From a virus (Duplodnaviria; Caudoviricetes), in IMG/VR virus record IMGVR_UViG_3300020044_000898, positions 1 through 24,337 of that record: 24,337 nucleotides of DNA; one strand, 5' to 3'. Below are positions 7,201 to 16,445 of the stretch, piece by piece. Below the pieces are notes generated by a model. That model worked only from the letters and a program-made list of their open reading frames with translations. It searched no databases and had not been told where the DNA came from. Each line of letters starts with the position of its first letter. Positions within the stretch are counted from its first letter, which is position 1. The position numbers and the translations under genes are program-made.

Positions 7201-10200
7201 TGACCGAAAAAGTTTTTGCCCTTGACACGCAACCCGGCATTCAACGGGACGGTACTGTCTTCGACAAGATTTTTTACACTGACGGTCAATGGGTTCGTTT
7301 CCAGCGTGGGCGACCCAGAAAGATGCTTGGATACTCTCAGATCACTGATCAACTGGCTGGCCCCTCACGGGGCATTTTTCAAGATTCAACATCGGGCTTG
7401 AGCCGCATCTACAGCGGTTTTGAAAATGGCTTGCAAGTTGTCTCTTTGAACAACGTTGGCGTTGGCTCATCAACATCCGACTTCACGTTTGGCGGCGAGA
7501 TATTGACCCTGTCGTCAATCATCTCTGGCGGCACAAACTACACAAACGGCACGTACCAAAATATTCCCTTGACTACCGTAACTGGCATTGGAACTGGCGC
7601 AACCGCCAACATGACCGTTTCCGGAAATGCGGTGACATCGGTCACTTTGGTCAATGGTGGCAACGGGTACTCGTACCTTGACGCGCTGTCGGTGGCTCCA
7701 TCATCCATTGGTAATGGAATTGAGACCACCTCATCGTTGGTTGGGGGCACTTTGTATGGCAACGGAAGCTACCTGTCGGTTCCTTTGATCTACGGCTCTG
7801 GATCACCAGCAGCGGGTGGATTGGGGTCTGGTGCAACAGCCAACATCACTGTGGTTGGTAATGCGGTGACAAGCGTGTCAATTCAAAACGCTGGCATCGG
7901 GTACACCGTCAATGACGTTTTGACTTGCCAGAGCAACTTCATTGGCGGTGGAAGCGGCATCATTAGCTCCTACGGTGGCTTAGTTGGTGGTCAGTTCTAC
8001 ACCTCTGGCGTTTACGCAAACGTGGCGTTTACTGGTGGTTCGGGGTCTGGGGCCAAGGGGACCGTCACCGTTGGAACCGACTCAATTGACTATGTTTACA
8101 ACATCGTCAGCGGAGGTAATTACACCAACGGAAGCTTTTCCAATGTCCCGCTCACAGGCGGGTCTGGAACTGGGGCGACTGCCATCATCACCGTGTCTGG
8201 CGGCAACGTCATTGACGTGACCATGGTCTACGGTGGCGACAACTACGTTGCCAACGACGTTCTCTCAGCAACTGCGGCAAGCATTGGAAACGGCATCGCC
8301 ACCATCTCGGTGACCAACATTGGCTCTGGCTACCCTGATGGCGTTTACTCCAACGTTCCACTGACCAACGTGTCTGGAACCGGCTCTCTTGCTTTGGCGA
8401 CCATCACCATCTCTGGTGGCACTGTGGTTTCATGCTCCATATCCTATGCAGGTATTGGCTACGCAGTCACTGACACCTTGACGGCAAGCAACGCCAACCT
8501 TGGTGGGGCTGGATCTGGATTCCAAGCGCAACCTGCAACCATCAGCGCCTCGGCTGGATTTCAGTGTCAGGTCAACTCTGTGACCACTGGATCTGTGACC
8601 AAAGTGGTCTTGACCAGCGACGGGCTAGGCTATGCCGCAGGCGACATCCTGAGTGCTCCTGCTGACGACATTGGAAAGAAAAGCGGCATCATTGGCGCAC
8701 TTGGCGGCATTACAGGGGGTGGTTTTTACACAAGCTCCACCACGGCAACGGGAGTTGGCTCCATCTCCGGAACTGTGATGAACATCAGTTCGGTGTCCAA
8801 CGGCTCTTACGTGACCGGTCAAACCATCACTGGAATAGGTGTATCGCCTGACACCACCATTACCTCGTATGGAACGCCAACAGCCACTTTAGCAACCGTG
8901 GTGATCACTGGAACAAGCGGGGAATTCAGTTGCACCTCAACCACTTTGGCGGTTGGCAACACGGTGACCATCAGCGGGACGTTTGGGGGTACTGGAAGCA
9001 TCACTGGTTACGTTGACCCAACCTCTTATCTGATCTCGGACACCAACGGCATCACCACATTCAGGTTGACCACCATGTCTGGCGCGGCAGTGGTCACAAC
9101 AGCCGGTACGCCAACAGGACTGACCTACAAGCTTTACGGTGGAACTGGTTCCTATAACGTCAGCAAATCTCAGACGGTAACCTCAACCACTCTTTCTGGC
9201 CTTGGCATCTTCAGAAACACTCCACTGACTGGCGGGTCTGGATCTGGAGCCACAGCCAATGTGACGATCACGGGCGGGGTGGTGTCAAACGTTACGTTGG
9301 TTGATCCGGGGGTTAATTACGCCACCGGCGACAACTTAACCGCTTCTTTTGCGGGTGTAACCAACGGCGTAGCAAGTGGAACTGCGCTTGTCGGTGGCAG
9401 TTTGTACACCAACGGATCATTTGCAAGTGTGCCACTTACGGGCGGCACGGGCGCTGGAGCCGTGGCAACAATTACCGTTTCAGGAAACACTGTTGTTGGT
9501 ATTGTGCTGACAAGCCCCGGCACGGGTTACACGGTGGGAGACACTCTTACCTGCGCTGCCAGCTATATTGGAAATGGTGTTGATGGCGCACCAATTTCCA
9601 CCTTTGGAGCCAACTACCCCGATGGGTCTTATGGCAACGTTCCGCTGACGGGCGGCACTGGTAAGTTTGCGACGGCAAACATCACCATCACGGTTGGCGC
9701 TGTGACGGCTTTCACAATCAACAGCCGTGGTGTTGGCTATACGGTGGGCGACACGCTGTCTTTCAGCGCCGCACTAATTGGCGGGAGTACCAACGGTATT
9801 GGGACTCTTGGAGCCATCACCGCAGGCTCAAACTACACCAACGGCGTGTGGACAAACGTTCCTTTGACTGGTGGCGCAGGCACTGGCGCAACAGCTCAAA
9901 TCACTGTGGCTGGTAACGTGGTGACCGCAGTCACCATCACCAGCAAGGGTAACAACTATGCGGTGTCAGATGCCATGTCTTGCCTTGCAAAGTACATTGG
10001 CAGCGGCATCAGCGCCGCTGGAGCTATCAATGCTGGATCTGGGTACACGGGCAACGGCATACTAACTATTGGCACGATTGTCGGAGGAAACTCTTACACC
10101 AACGGCCTTTACGCTGGGGTGGCGGTTACGAGCCTGACTGGCTCTGGCGCTGGTGCTATTGCAACGGTTACCGTATCAGGAGGATCTGTTACCTCTGTTT

Positions 10201-12317
10201 CTTTTGTCAGCGCACAAGACAGGGGTTACGGATACGCTGCGAGTGATTCATTGACAGTTGATTCATCTCTAATTGGTGGCACGGGCACAGGGTTTTCTTT
10301 TCCTGTTGCCATGGTTGGCCCGGCTACCTTCACGAATGTTGCGCTGATTGGTGGAACTGGCAGTCTTGCGACTGCCAATATTGTGGTTGATGGCGGCAAA
10401 GTATCTTCCTTCACCTTGGTTGATCGAGGCATCGGTTTTACCGCTGGCAACTTGATGTCGGCAAATGCTTCCGACATTGGTGGCACGGGTTCAGGATTTT
10501 CTTTCCCCGTGACGGCAGTTTATGCCAGCAGCGGATTTTCTGTGCCTGTTGCGACCGTGGTGACAAGTTCGGGCTTCACCAGCGTTATCACCGCCCCCTA
10601 CGCAAGTTCGGGGTTCCAATTTAACGTGGCATCTCTTGGCAGCGCAGGAGGCTTTGGCATTCCCGTGACCTCTGTCTTGTCAAGCAACGGTTTTCAGTTT
10701 GCTGTTTTGGCAACCACGGCAAGCTCAGGCTTTCAGTTCAATGTTGGATCAATTTACGCAAGCTCAGGCTTTTCAATTGAAGTGGAGTCTTCAGAAAACG
10801 ACTTTGAGCAGAATGTAGACAACTTGTGGCAGTTGGACACCCTCTACAACGTAGCAGGCGGGGTCAATACGGTGTTGGCGCATCCGGGGCAAAACCTCAA
10901 TCAAATTGACAGCGCCATCAACACCAATGTGTTTTACGGCCCAGTCACCAGCACGACCATGGCCCCATTGAAAGACACCGGAGGAGCGAACCCCACCAAC
11001 AACTTCATTGAGGTCAGTGGTGGTGTGGTGGCCCTTCACCCGTATGTCTTTGTCTATGGCAATGCGGGGTTGATCAAAAACTGCTCTGCTGGAGATCCCA
11101 CTGACTGGAACAGCGCCGATGCCAACGAGGTCAACGTGGCCGCTGGCAAGATCATCAAGGGCTTACCCGTCAGGGGTGGCTCTAACTCGCCTTCTGGGCT
11201 GTTCTGGAGCCTTGATAGCCTGATTCGCGTGTCCTACATCGGTGGCGTGGGAACTCCAGCGCAATACTGGCGCTACGACATCATCTCCAGCCAGTCTTCC
11301 ATCATGTCGTCGCAGTGCGTGATTGAGTACGATGGAATTTACTACTGGATCGGAACCGACCGATTCTTGATGTACAACGGCGTTGTTCAGGAGATCCCGA
11401 ACAACATGAACCAGAACTACTTCTTCGACAACCTGAACTACGATCAGCGTCAAAAGGTGTGGGCGACCAAGGTTCCACGGTTTGGTGAGGTGTGGTGGTT
11501 CTATCCTCGCGGCGACTCGACAGAGTGCAACGATGCCATCATTTACAACATCAGGGAAAAGACTTGGTATGACGCTGGCACGGCTTTGGGGTCGCAGCGG
11601 TCAGCCGGGTATTTCTCGCAGGTATTTCGCTACCCCGTGATCTCCTCTAACGAGGTGAACGCAACTGGCGGGATGTATACCGCTTCAATCAGCGCCGAAG
11701 GGGCGGGGTATACGGACGGTGTATATCCTTACATTGACGCTGTCGGTGGCCCCGGAACGGGTGCAACCTTGACCTTAACGGTTTCCGGTGGCAAGGTCAT
11801 CAAACTCGTGGTGAACAACAAGGGTACGGGCTACACCGCTGGCAACGGCTTTACGGCCTCCATCCCCGGCTCACCTTCGGCCAACTTTGCTGGAATCGTT
11901 GACAGCACCTGCGACTTTGTCTCCCTCTGGAGGCACGAGACCGGCACAGATCAGGTCTACGGTGTCAATTCAAACGCCATTGAGAGCTACTTTGAGACCA
12001 ATGACGTGGGTTGGGTATCGGGTGGACCCTCTCAAGCCGCTCCGGTCGGAGAGAATAAGTGGCTGCACATTGAGCGCGTTGAGCCTGACTTCATTCAGAA
12101 CGGGGAGATGAGCCTTTACATCATCAGCCGCCCCTACGCGCAGTCGCAAGACATCATCAGCAGCCCCTATCCATTTGACCCCGACACCAATAAAATTGAT
12201 ATGCGTGAGCAGGGGCGAGAGCTTCGCCTGCGCTTTGTCAGCAACGTGACGGGTGGCGATTATCAGGTCGGCAGGGTGATCGTCAACGTTGACTTTGGAG
12301 ATGTCCGTGGTTACTAA
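7200..12317 (+). CDS. Tail nozzle / DNA stabilization protein (P22 gp10 / tubular B-like) with a giant nested-domain insertion
   Basis: N-terminal PGIQRDGT...WVRFQRGRPRKM and a C-terminal propeller-like region (YYWIGTDRFLMYNG, FGEVWWFYP, IERVEPDF, REQGRELRLRF) flank a Gly/Thr-rich insertion at 7497-10793. Confidence 0.75.
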   Translation: MTEKVFALDTQPGIQRDGTVFDKIFYTDGQWVRFQRGRPRKMLGYSQITDQLAGPSRGIFQDSTSGLSRIYSGFENGLQVVSLNNVGVGSSTSDFTFGGEILTLSSIISGGTNYTNGTYQNIPLTTVTGIGTGATANMTVSGNAVTSVTLVNGGNGYSYLDALSVAPSSIGNGIETTSSLVGGTLYGNGSYLSVPLIYGSGSPAAGGLGSGATANITVVGNAVTSVSIQNAGIGYTVNDVLTCQSNFIGGGSGIISSYGGLVGGQFYTSGVYANVAFTGGSGSGAKGTVTVGTDSIDYVYNIVSGGNYTNGSFSNVPLTGGSGTGATAIITVSGGNVIDVTMVYGGDNYVANDVLSATAASIGNGIATISVTNIGSGYPDGVYSNVPLTNVSGTGSLALATITISGGTVVSCSISYAGIGYAVTDTLTASNANLGGAGSGFQAQPATISASAGFQCQVNSVTTGSVTKVVLTSDGLGYAAGDILSAPADDIGKKSGIIGALGGITGGGFYTSSTTATGVGSISGTVMNISSVSNGSYVTGQTITGIGVSPDTTITSYGTPTATLATVVITGTSGEFSCTSTTLAVGNTVTISGTFGGTGSITGYVDPTSYLISDTNGITTFRLTTMSGAAVVTTAGTPTGLTYKLYGGTGSYNVSKSQTVTSTTLSGLGIFRNTPLTGGSGSGATANVTITGGVVSNVTLVDPGVNYATGDNLTASFAGVTNGVASGTALVGGSLYTNGSFASVPLTGGTGAGAVATITVSGNTVVGIVLTSPGTGYTVGDTLTCAASYIGNGVDGAPISTFGANYPDGSYGNVPLTGGTGKFATANITITVGAVTAFTINSRGVGYTVGDTLSFSAALIGGSTNGIGTLGAITAGSNYTNGVWTNVPLTGGAGTGATAQITVAGNVVTAVTITSKGNNYAVSDAMSCLAKYIGSGISAAGAINAGSGYTGNGILTIGTIVGGNSYTNGLYAGVAVTSLTGSGAGAIATVTVSGGSVTSVSFVSAQDRGYGYAASDSLTVDSSLIGGTGTGFSFPVAMVGPATFTNVALIGGTGSLATANIVVDGGKVSSFTLVDRGIGFTAGNLMSANASDIGGTGSGFSFPVTAVYASSGFSVPVATVVTSSGFTSVITAPYASSGFQFNVASLGSAGGFGIPVTSVLSSNGFQFAVLATTASSGFQFNVGSIYASSGFSIEVESSENDFEQNVDNLWQLDTLYNVAGGVNTVLAHPGQNLNQIDSAINTNVFYGPVTSTTMAPLKDTGGANPTNNFIEVSGGVVALHPYVFVYGNAGLIKNCSAGDPTDWNSADANEVNVAAGKIIKGLPVRGGSNSPSGLFWSLDSLIRVSYIGGVGTPAQYWRYDIISSQSSIMSSQCVIEYDGIYYWIGTDRFLMYNGVVQEIPNNMNQNYFFDNLNYDQRQKVWATKVPRFGEVWWFYPRGDSTECNDAIIYNIREKTWYDAGTALGSQRSAGYFSQVFRYPVISSNEVNATGGMYTASISAEGAGYTDGVYPYIDAVGGPGTGATLTLTVSGGKVIKLVVNNKGTGYTAGNGFTASIPGSPSANFAGIVDSTCDFVSLWRHETGTDQVYGVNSNAIESYFETNDVGWVSGGPSQAAPVGENKWLHIERVEPDFIQNGEMSLYIISRPYAQSQDIISSPYPFDPDTNKIDMREQGRELRLRFVSNVTGGDYQVGRVIVNVDFGDVRGY
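7497..10520 (+). repeat. Eleven copies of a ~70-85-aa beta-module, several interrupted by insertions
   Basis: Consensus GG..YTNG.Y.NVPLTGG.G.GATA.ITV.G..V..V......G.GY...D.L......IG; a twelfth copy lies at ~11667-11909. Confidence 0.9.
10521..10793 (+). repeat. Seven tandem 13-aa (39-nt) xxSSGFxxxVxxx units
   Basis: YASSGFSVPVATV / VTSSGFTSVITAP / YASSGFQFNVASL / GSAGGFGIPVTSV / LSSNGFQFAVLAT / TASSGFQFNVGSI / YASSGFSIEVESS. Confidence 0.92.
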
Positions 12318-12561
12318 CATTGGAGTTCTCTACGACCCAAGGAACCATACTTTTGAGTCGTGGGCAAGCCTGATGTGCGAGTTGTACGCTCCGCAGCAAC
12401 TCATGGTTCCCAACATGGACACTGACTGGAAAGAGTGGGGAAACTCACTGAAGGCTATTGACGTATTCACAAACGAAGGCGCACCCTCAACAGAAGGGTT
12501 CCTCAACTGGCAAGACTGGGCATCGGCTCTTATGGGAGCAGTGAACCCAGCATCAACATAA
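12301..12561 (+). CDS. Small Trp-rich protein, probably virion associated
   Basis: YDPRNHTFESWASLMCEL...WQDWA; overlaps the nozzle stop. Start is ATG 12301 or GTG 12307. Confidence 0.65.
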   Translation: MSVVTNIGVLYDPRNHTFESWASLMCELYAPQQLMVPNMDTDWKEWGNSLKAIDVFTNEGAPSTEGFLNWQDWASALMGAVNPAST

Positions 12562-12580
12562 AGAAGTGTAAGGAAAGAAT

Positions 12581-15337
12581 ATGAACGACGCCGCCGTCAG
12601 TCAAGATACGTGGGATTATTATGCAAAAGTTGTGGAAGATGAAAAAGCAGCCAATATTCAACGTGAACGCGATGAAGCATACGCAAGATATAAAGCTCCC
12701 GCTGGGGCTTTTAAAATTCCTGACTTTAAACCCGACCCAAGAACGGGCGGATTTCTCTACAAAGGTCATGGTGGTCAACCGGTCTATTACGACGGACAAA
12801 TTATTGGCTATGATTTTGTCCAACACGATATTCAGCCGGGGATAATGTCCCACTTTACTACGGATTTGGAAGGAAACGTAGTAAAGCACCAGTATTCACC
12901 AGAAGGGGAAGATCTCACCTTTAAAGACATAGTGAAGATGAGTGTACCGTTCCTATTGAACGTTATTCCCGGCGCAGGAGCTGCTCTTGGTTCTATTTTT
13001 GCTCCAACCGCTCAAGTGGCAACTCAAGCGGTAATTGGGAATGCGCTAATCAGTGGAGTTATGGCAGAGGCAAATGGCGGGGACTTTTTAGAAGGTGCTG
13101 TTGCCGGAGGGCTTAGCTCCTACGCAAGCACCACACTCACTCCATCTTTATCAGATGCACTAGGTGGTGGCACTGCGGGTGAAATTGTTTCCAAAGCAAT
13201 TGTTGGCGGCGTAAGGTCAGAACTATCGGGTGGTGATTTTTCTACTGGTGCGCTTACCAGCGCAACCAATTCTGTAATTTCCACAGCCTTGGATCGAATT
13301 CCACAGTTTGAAGGTTTAACCGATGACCAGCAATCTGCCATTGTTAATTTGGCAACCACCGCCGCACTTTCGGGAAAATTGACTGAGCTTGATATAGTAA
13401 ATTCGCTTTTTTCGTCAGTTATTAAAACAGCACAGACAGGTCAAGCTCCATCATCTAAAGATTTTGAAAATAAAAACTTTGCGCCCGGAGGTGCTGATTA
13501 CATTGAAATGAGTTCAAGAGTTTCCGGTGGTGGCGACGATGATCTGGTTAGTGGTGGTGAAGCCGCAGATACTGACGTAATTGATGATGAAACGGCAAGC
13601 TCTATAGGTGGCGGCAATATAGATGGAGGCGGCGGCTCTAGCGATAGCTTTATAGATTCGATTGTTCTTGCGCCAGACGAGGAGATTGAAGGCACTCGTA
13701 TACGTGAAGATGGCTCAGAAAGTGCAACGATCAAAAGAGTCAACCCAGATGACCCAGATGAGGTTGTCTACTATGAAGCAGTAAAAGATCCCGTAACTGG
13801 CGAAATTTCTTACGAGTGGGGTGGTCCAAGTTTTGATGAAGATAACAACATAATTCAAGAGGGATCAACAACAATATCTAGTGGGTCAAAGCCATCTTGG
13901 ACGTGGAATTCAGAAAAAGACAGTTCCTCGTCAACTCAAGAAAACGAAACTCAAACCGGATCACAAGATCAGGGTGGTGTTGATGTTGATGAAGGTGTAC
14001 GTACAGGTCAATGGCAAACCGTTGGTGATAATCGCATTTTCATTCACGATGACGGCACTGCAACCGTTATCAATCCAGCGGCTAACTATGAAGGAACTCT
14101 TAACCGTGAAAAGGTTGAGGAGTTAATTGATCTTGGACTTCTGCAACCTGCACTTTCCAACCTTTCAACTCCTACAGATGAGCAAACCACAAGTGTAGAA
14201 CCTGAAGATGATGAAGTTGTAGTTACAGCTCCAAGACCTGAAGATGATGAAGTTGTAGTTACAGCCCCAAGAATTGAGCCTGAAGATGAAATTCCAGAAA
14301 TAGTCGTTACAGCTCCAAGACCTGAAGATGATGAAGTTGTAGTTACAGCCCCAAGACCTGAACCTGAAGATGAAATTCCAGAAATAGTCGTTACAGCCCC
14401 AAGGCCTGAACCTGAAGATGAAATTCCAGAAATTGTAATTACAGCTCCAAGGCCTGAACCTGAAGATGATGAGGTGGTCGTTACAGCTCCAAGGCCCGAA
14501 GAAGAAGTTCCCGTAGAGGAAGAAAAAACAGGCGGTGGCGGTGGTGGTGGCGGTGGCGGTGGTGGTCCAACAACCATAAAGCCAAGGGGTGTTTTACCCA
14601 CTTCAAGTGATCCCAATTCACAGGCCAGCCCCTCGCAAAAAGGCGTGCTTCCCGCAGGCAGTCCTTTTCAGCAGCCATATCTCAACATTGGATTATCAAA
14701 AGACAAGTTCATCGACCCCTTGTCTCGGCTTTATCAAATTCAACAAGCAACCCAACAAGGTGGAGGAGGCAACTTGTCTCAAATGATGTTCCAACAATTC
14801 AATCCTTCGGCATACCAATCAACTGCTGAAGAAACCGAGGCTCCTGATATGGATGACTCCTACTACAACTATGGGGACGCAAATGATTCATACGATGCAA
14901 ACCCTATAGACCCTTACACCCCCAGTCCTTACAGCCCATCTCCTTACGCCATGGGATATGAATCTCAGGCGCTTGGCGCAGCTCAGGGCGGGGCAATCAT
15001 GGCGACCCCATTGATGGCAAGGGGCGGTAAGACTCTGCCCCTGAACGTCAACGGAGTCTTGCCAACGGTCAGCCAAGGGCGAGAGAACTTCAAGCATGGC
15101 AAACACGTTGCTGGCGATGGAGATGGTCAGTCGGACGACATCCCCGCATGGCTGGCCGATGGCGAGTTTGTTTTCCCCGCTGACGTTGTGTCTGCGCTTG
15201 GAAACGGCTCAACCAAGGCCGGAACAGATAAACTATACGAAATGATGCACAGCATCCGTCAGCACGCAAGATCGGCAAAGCCCAAAGACTTGCCGCCACC
15301 AGCCAAAAAGTCCCCTCTGGACTACTTGAAAGCATAA
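12581..15337 (+). CDS. Large acidic internal virion / ejection protein
   Basis: AAGGA SD. Gly/Ala hydrophobic helices (GGDFLEGAVAGG), acidic low-complexity middle, repeat array, Gly12, and C-terminal GDGDGQSDDIPAWLADGEFV domain; follows the nozzle. Confidence 0.7.
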   Translation: MNDAAVSQDTWDYYAKVVEDEKAANIQRERDEAYARYKAPAGAFKIPDFKPDPRTGGFLYKGHGGQPVYYDGQIIGYDFVQHDIQPGIMSHFTTDLEGNVVKHQYSPEGEDLTFKDIVKMSVPFLLNVIPGAGAALGSIFAPTAQVATQAVIGNALISGVMAEANGGDFLEGAVAGGLSSYASTTLTPSLSDALGGGTAGEIVSKAIVGGVRSELSGGDFSTGALTSATNSVISTALDRIPQFEGLTDDQQSAIVNLATTAALSGKLTELDIVNSLFSSVIKTAQTGQAPSSKDFENKNFAPGGADYIEMSSRVSGGGDDDLVSGGEAADTDVIDDETASSIGGGNIDGGGGSSDSFIDSIVLAPDEEIEGTRIREDGSESATIKRVNPDDPDEVVYYEAVKDPVTGEISYEWGGPSFDEDNNIIQEGSTTISSGSKPSWTWNSEKDSSSSTQENETQTGSQDQGGVDVDEGVRTGQWQTVGDNRIFIHDDGTATVINPAANYEGTLNREKVEELIDLGLLQPALSNLSTPTDEQTTSVEPEDDEVVVTAPRPEDDEVVVTAPRIEPEDEIPEIVVTAPRPEDDEVVVTAPRPEPEDEIPEIVVTAPRPEPEDEIPEIVITAPRPEPEDDEVVVTAPRPEEEVPVEEEKTGGGGGGGGGGGGPTTIKPRGVLPTSSDPNSQASPSQKGVLPAGSPFQQPYLNIGLSKDKFIDPLSRLYQIQQATQQGGGGNLSQMMFQQFNPSAYQSTAEETEAPDMDDSYYNYGDANDSYDANPIDPYTPSPYSPSPYAMGYESQALGAAQGGAIMATPLMARGGKTLPLNVNGVLPTVSQGRENFKHGKHVAGDGDGQSDDIPAWLADGEFVFPADVVSALGNGSTKAGTDKLYEMMHSIRQHARSAKPKDLPPPAKKSPLDYLKA
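14198..14494 (+). repeat. Seven in-frame PED(D/EIP)E(V/I)V(V/I)TAPR repeats
   Basis: Near-identical DNA units of 36-48 nt (cctgaagatga...ttacagcyccaag), followed by a 12-Gly run at 14531-14566. Confidence 0.95.
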
Positions 15338-15347
15338 GGAGAAAACC

Positions 15348-16421
15348 ATGGGTTCAATATTCCAAGGCGGTCCACTGCCAGATGTAAAAACAACGACCTC
15401 GGTCAACCCCAATGCGCCAAGCTACTACACCGACTACATGTCGGCGCTGTCAAGGGCTGGGACGCAACAATTGGGGCTTCCATCTAGCCAGTTGGTGGCA
15501 GGCTTTAGCCCTTTGCAGCAGCAGGCGTTTGCGCAGCTTCCCAATGTGTCTGGCTCCTACAAACCTACACTGACTTCTGCCATAAACACGGCTTCTCAGG
15601 GTGCGGCAGGAATCACCCCGCAGGGCATTGAATCCATGCTCAACCCGTACACCAGCAACGTGGTGGACGAGATGGCTCGGTTGACCAACCAGAACGTCAA
15701 GAGAAACGTCATTCCACAGCTCAAGGGCGCATTTGTGGGTTCTGGCGGCTTGGGTGGTCAACGCTACGCCAACGCTGCTGGTCAAACCATGGGCGACATT
15801 CAGTCCACGTTGACTGGGCAGCAGCAGGGCGCTTTGTCTACCGGGTATTCGGAGGCTTTGCGGTCAGCTCTGGCAAACGCCCAGCAAAAGACCAACGCCG
15901 CACAAATTCAAGGCAGTTTGGCGCAACAGCAGCAGGCTCTAGGATTGGCTGGCATCAACGCTCAACTGGGTGCTGGTGCTCAACAGCAGGCTCTTGAACA
16001 GGCCCGTATCAACGCGCCCCTGCAAAACGCAATGAACGCCTCAGCCCTCATGCGAGGCTACAACGTGCCCATCGGGACGACAGAGACGTTTGTTGGCCCC
16101 AAAGCTGGCGTGTATGCGCAATCCCCGCTGTCTCAGATTGCAGGCTCTGGGGCTTTGGTCAATGCTTTGTTGGGTGGCAAGGGTTTACAAGGACTTCTCA
16201 AAGGTGTCTCAATAGGAGGTGGAGGGGGTGGTAGAACATTTGGCGGTCCAAACACAAACTACGAATCAGTTTTTGATCCCGGCTTTATGCCAAACCCAGA
16301 TTACGAACACGTTTTTGATCCCGGAATTTCTATTGATTACGATCAATATAACTTTAATCCGGGATATGACGACTACTACCAAAATGAAGGATACGATGAC
16401 TATTACGACCCAGAAGGTTAA
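15348..16421 (+). CDS. Ejection / DNA pilot-like protein
   Basis: AGGAG SD. Q/A/G-rich, with VAGFSPLQQQAF, LNPY..NVVD and SPLSQIAG motifs; Tyr/Asp-rich tail. Confidence 0.65.
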   Translation: MGSIFQGGPLPDVKTTTSVNPNAPSYYTDYMSALSRAGTQQLGLPSSQLVAGFSPLQQQAFAQLPNVSGSYKPTLTSAINTASQGAAGITPQGIESMLNPYTSNVVDEMARLTNQNVKRNVIPQLKGAFVGSGGLGGQRYANAAGQTMGDIQSTLTGQQQGALSTGYSEALRSALANAQQKTNAAQIQGSLAQQQQALGLAGINAQLGAGAQQQALEQARINAPLQNAMNASALMRGYNVPIGTTETFVGPKAGVYAQSPLSQIAGSGALVNALLGGKGLQGLLKGVSIGGGGGGRTFGGPNTNYESVFDPGFMPNPDYEHVFDPGISIDYDQYNFNPGYDDYYQNEGYDDYYDPEG

Positions 16422-16445
16422 GTAAACGATCAGCAAAGGTAAATC

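Noticed and set aside
14198-14494. Possible CRISPR array
   Set aside because: No unique spacers; units are multiples of 3 nt, in frame, and encode a peptide repeat; no cas genes.
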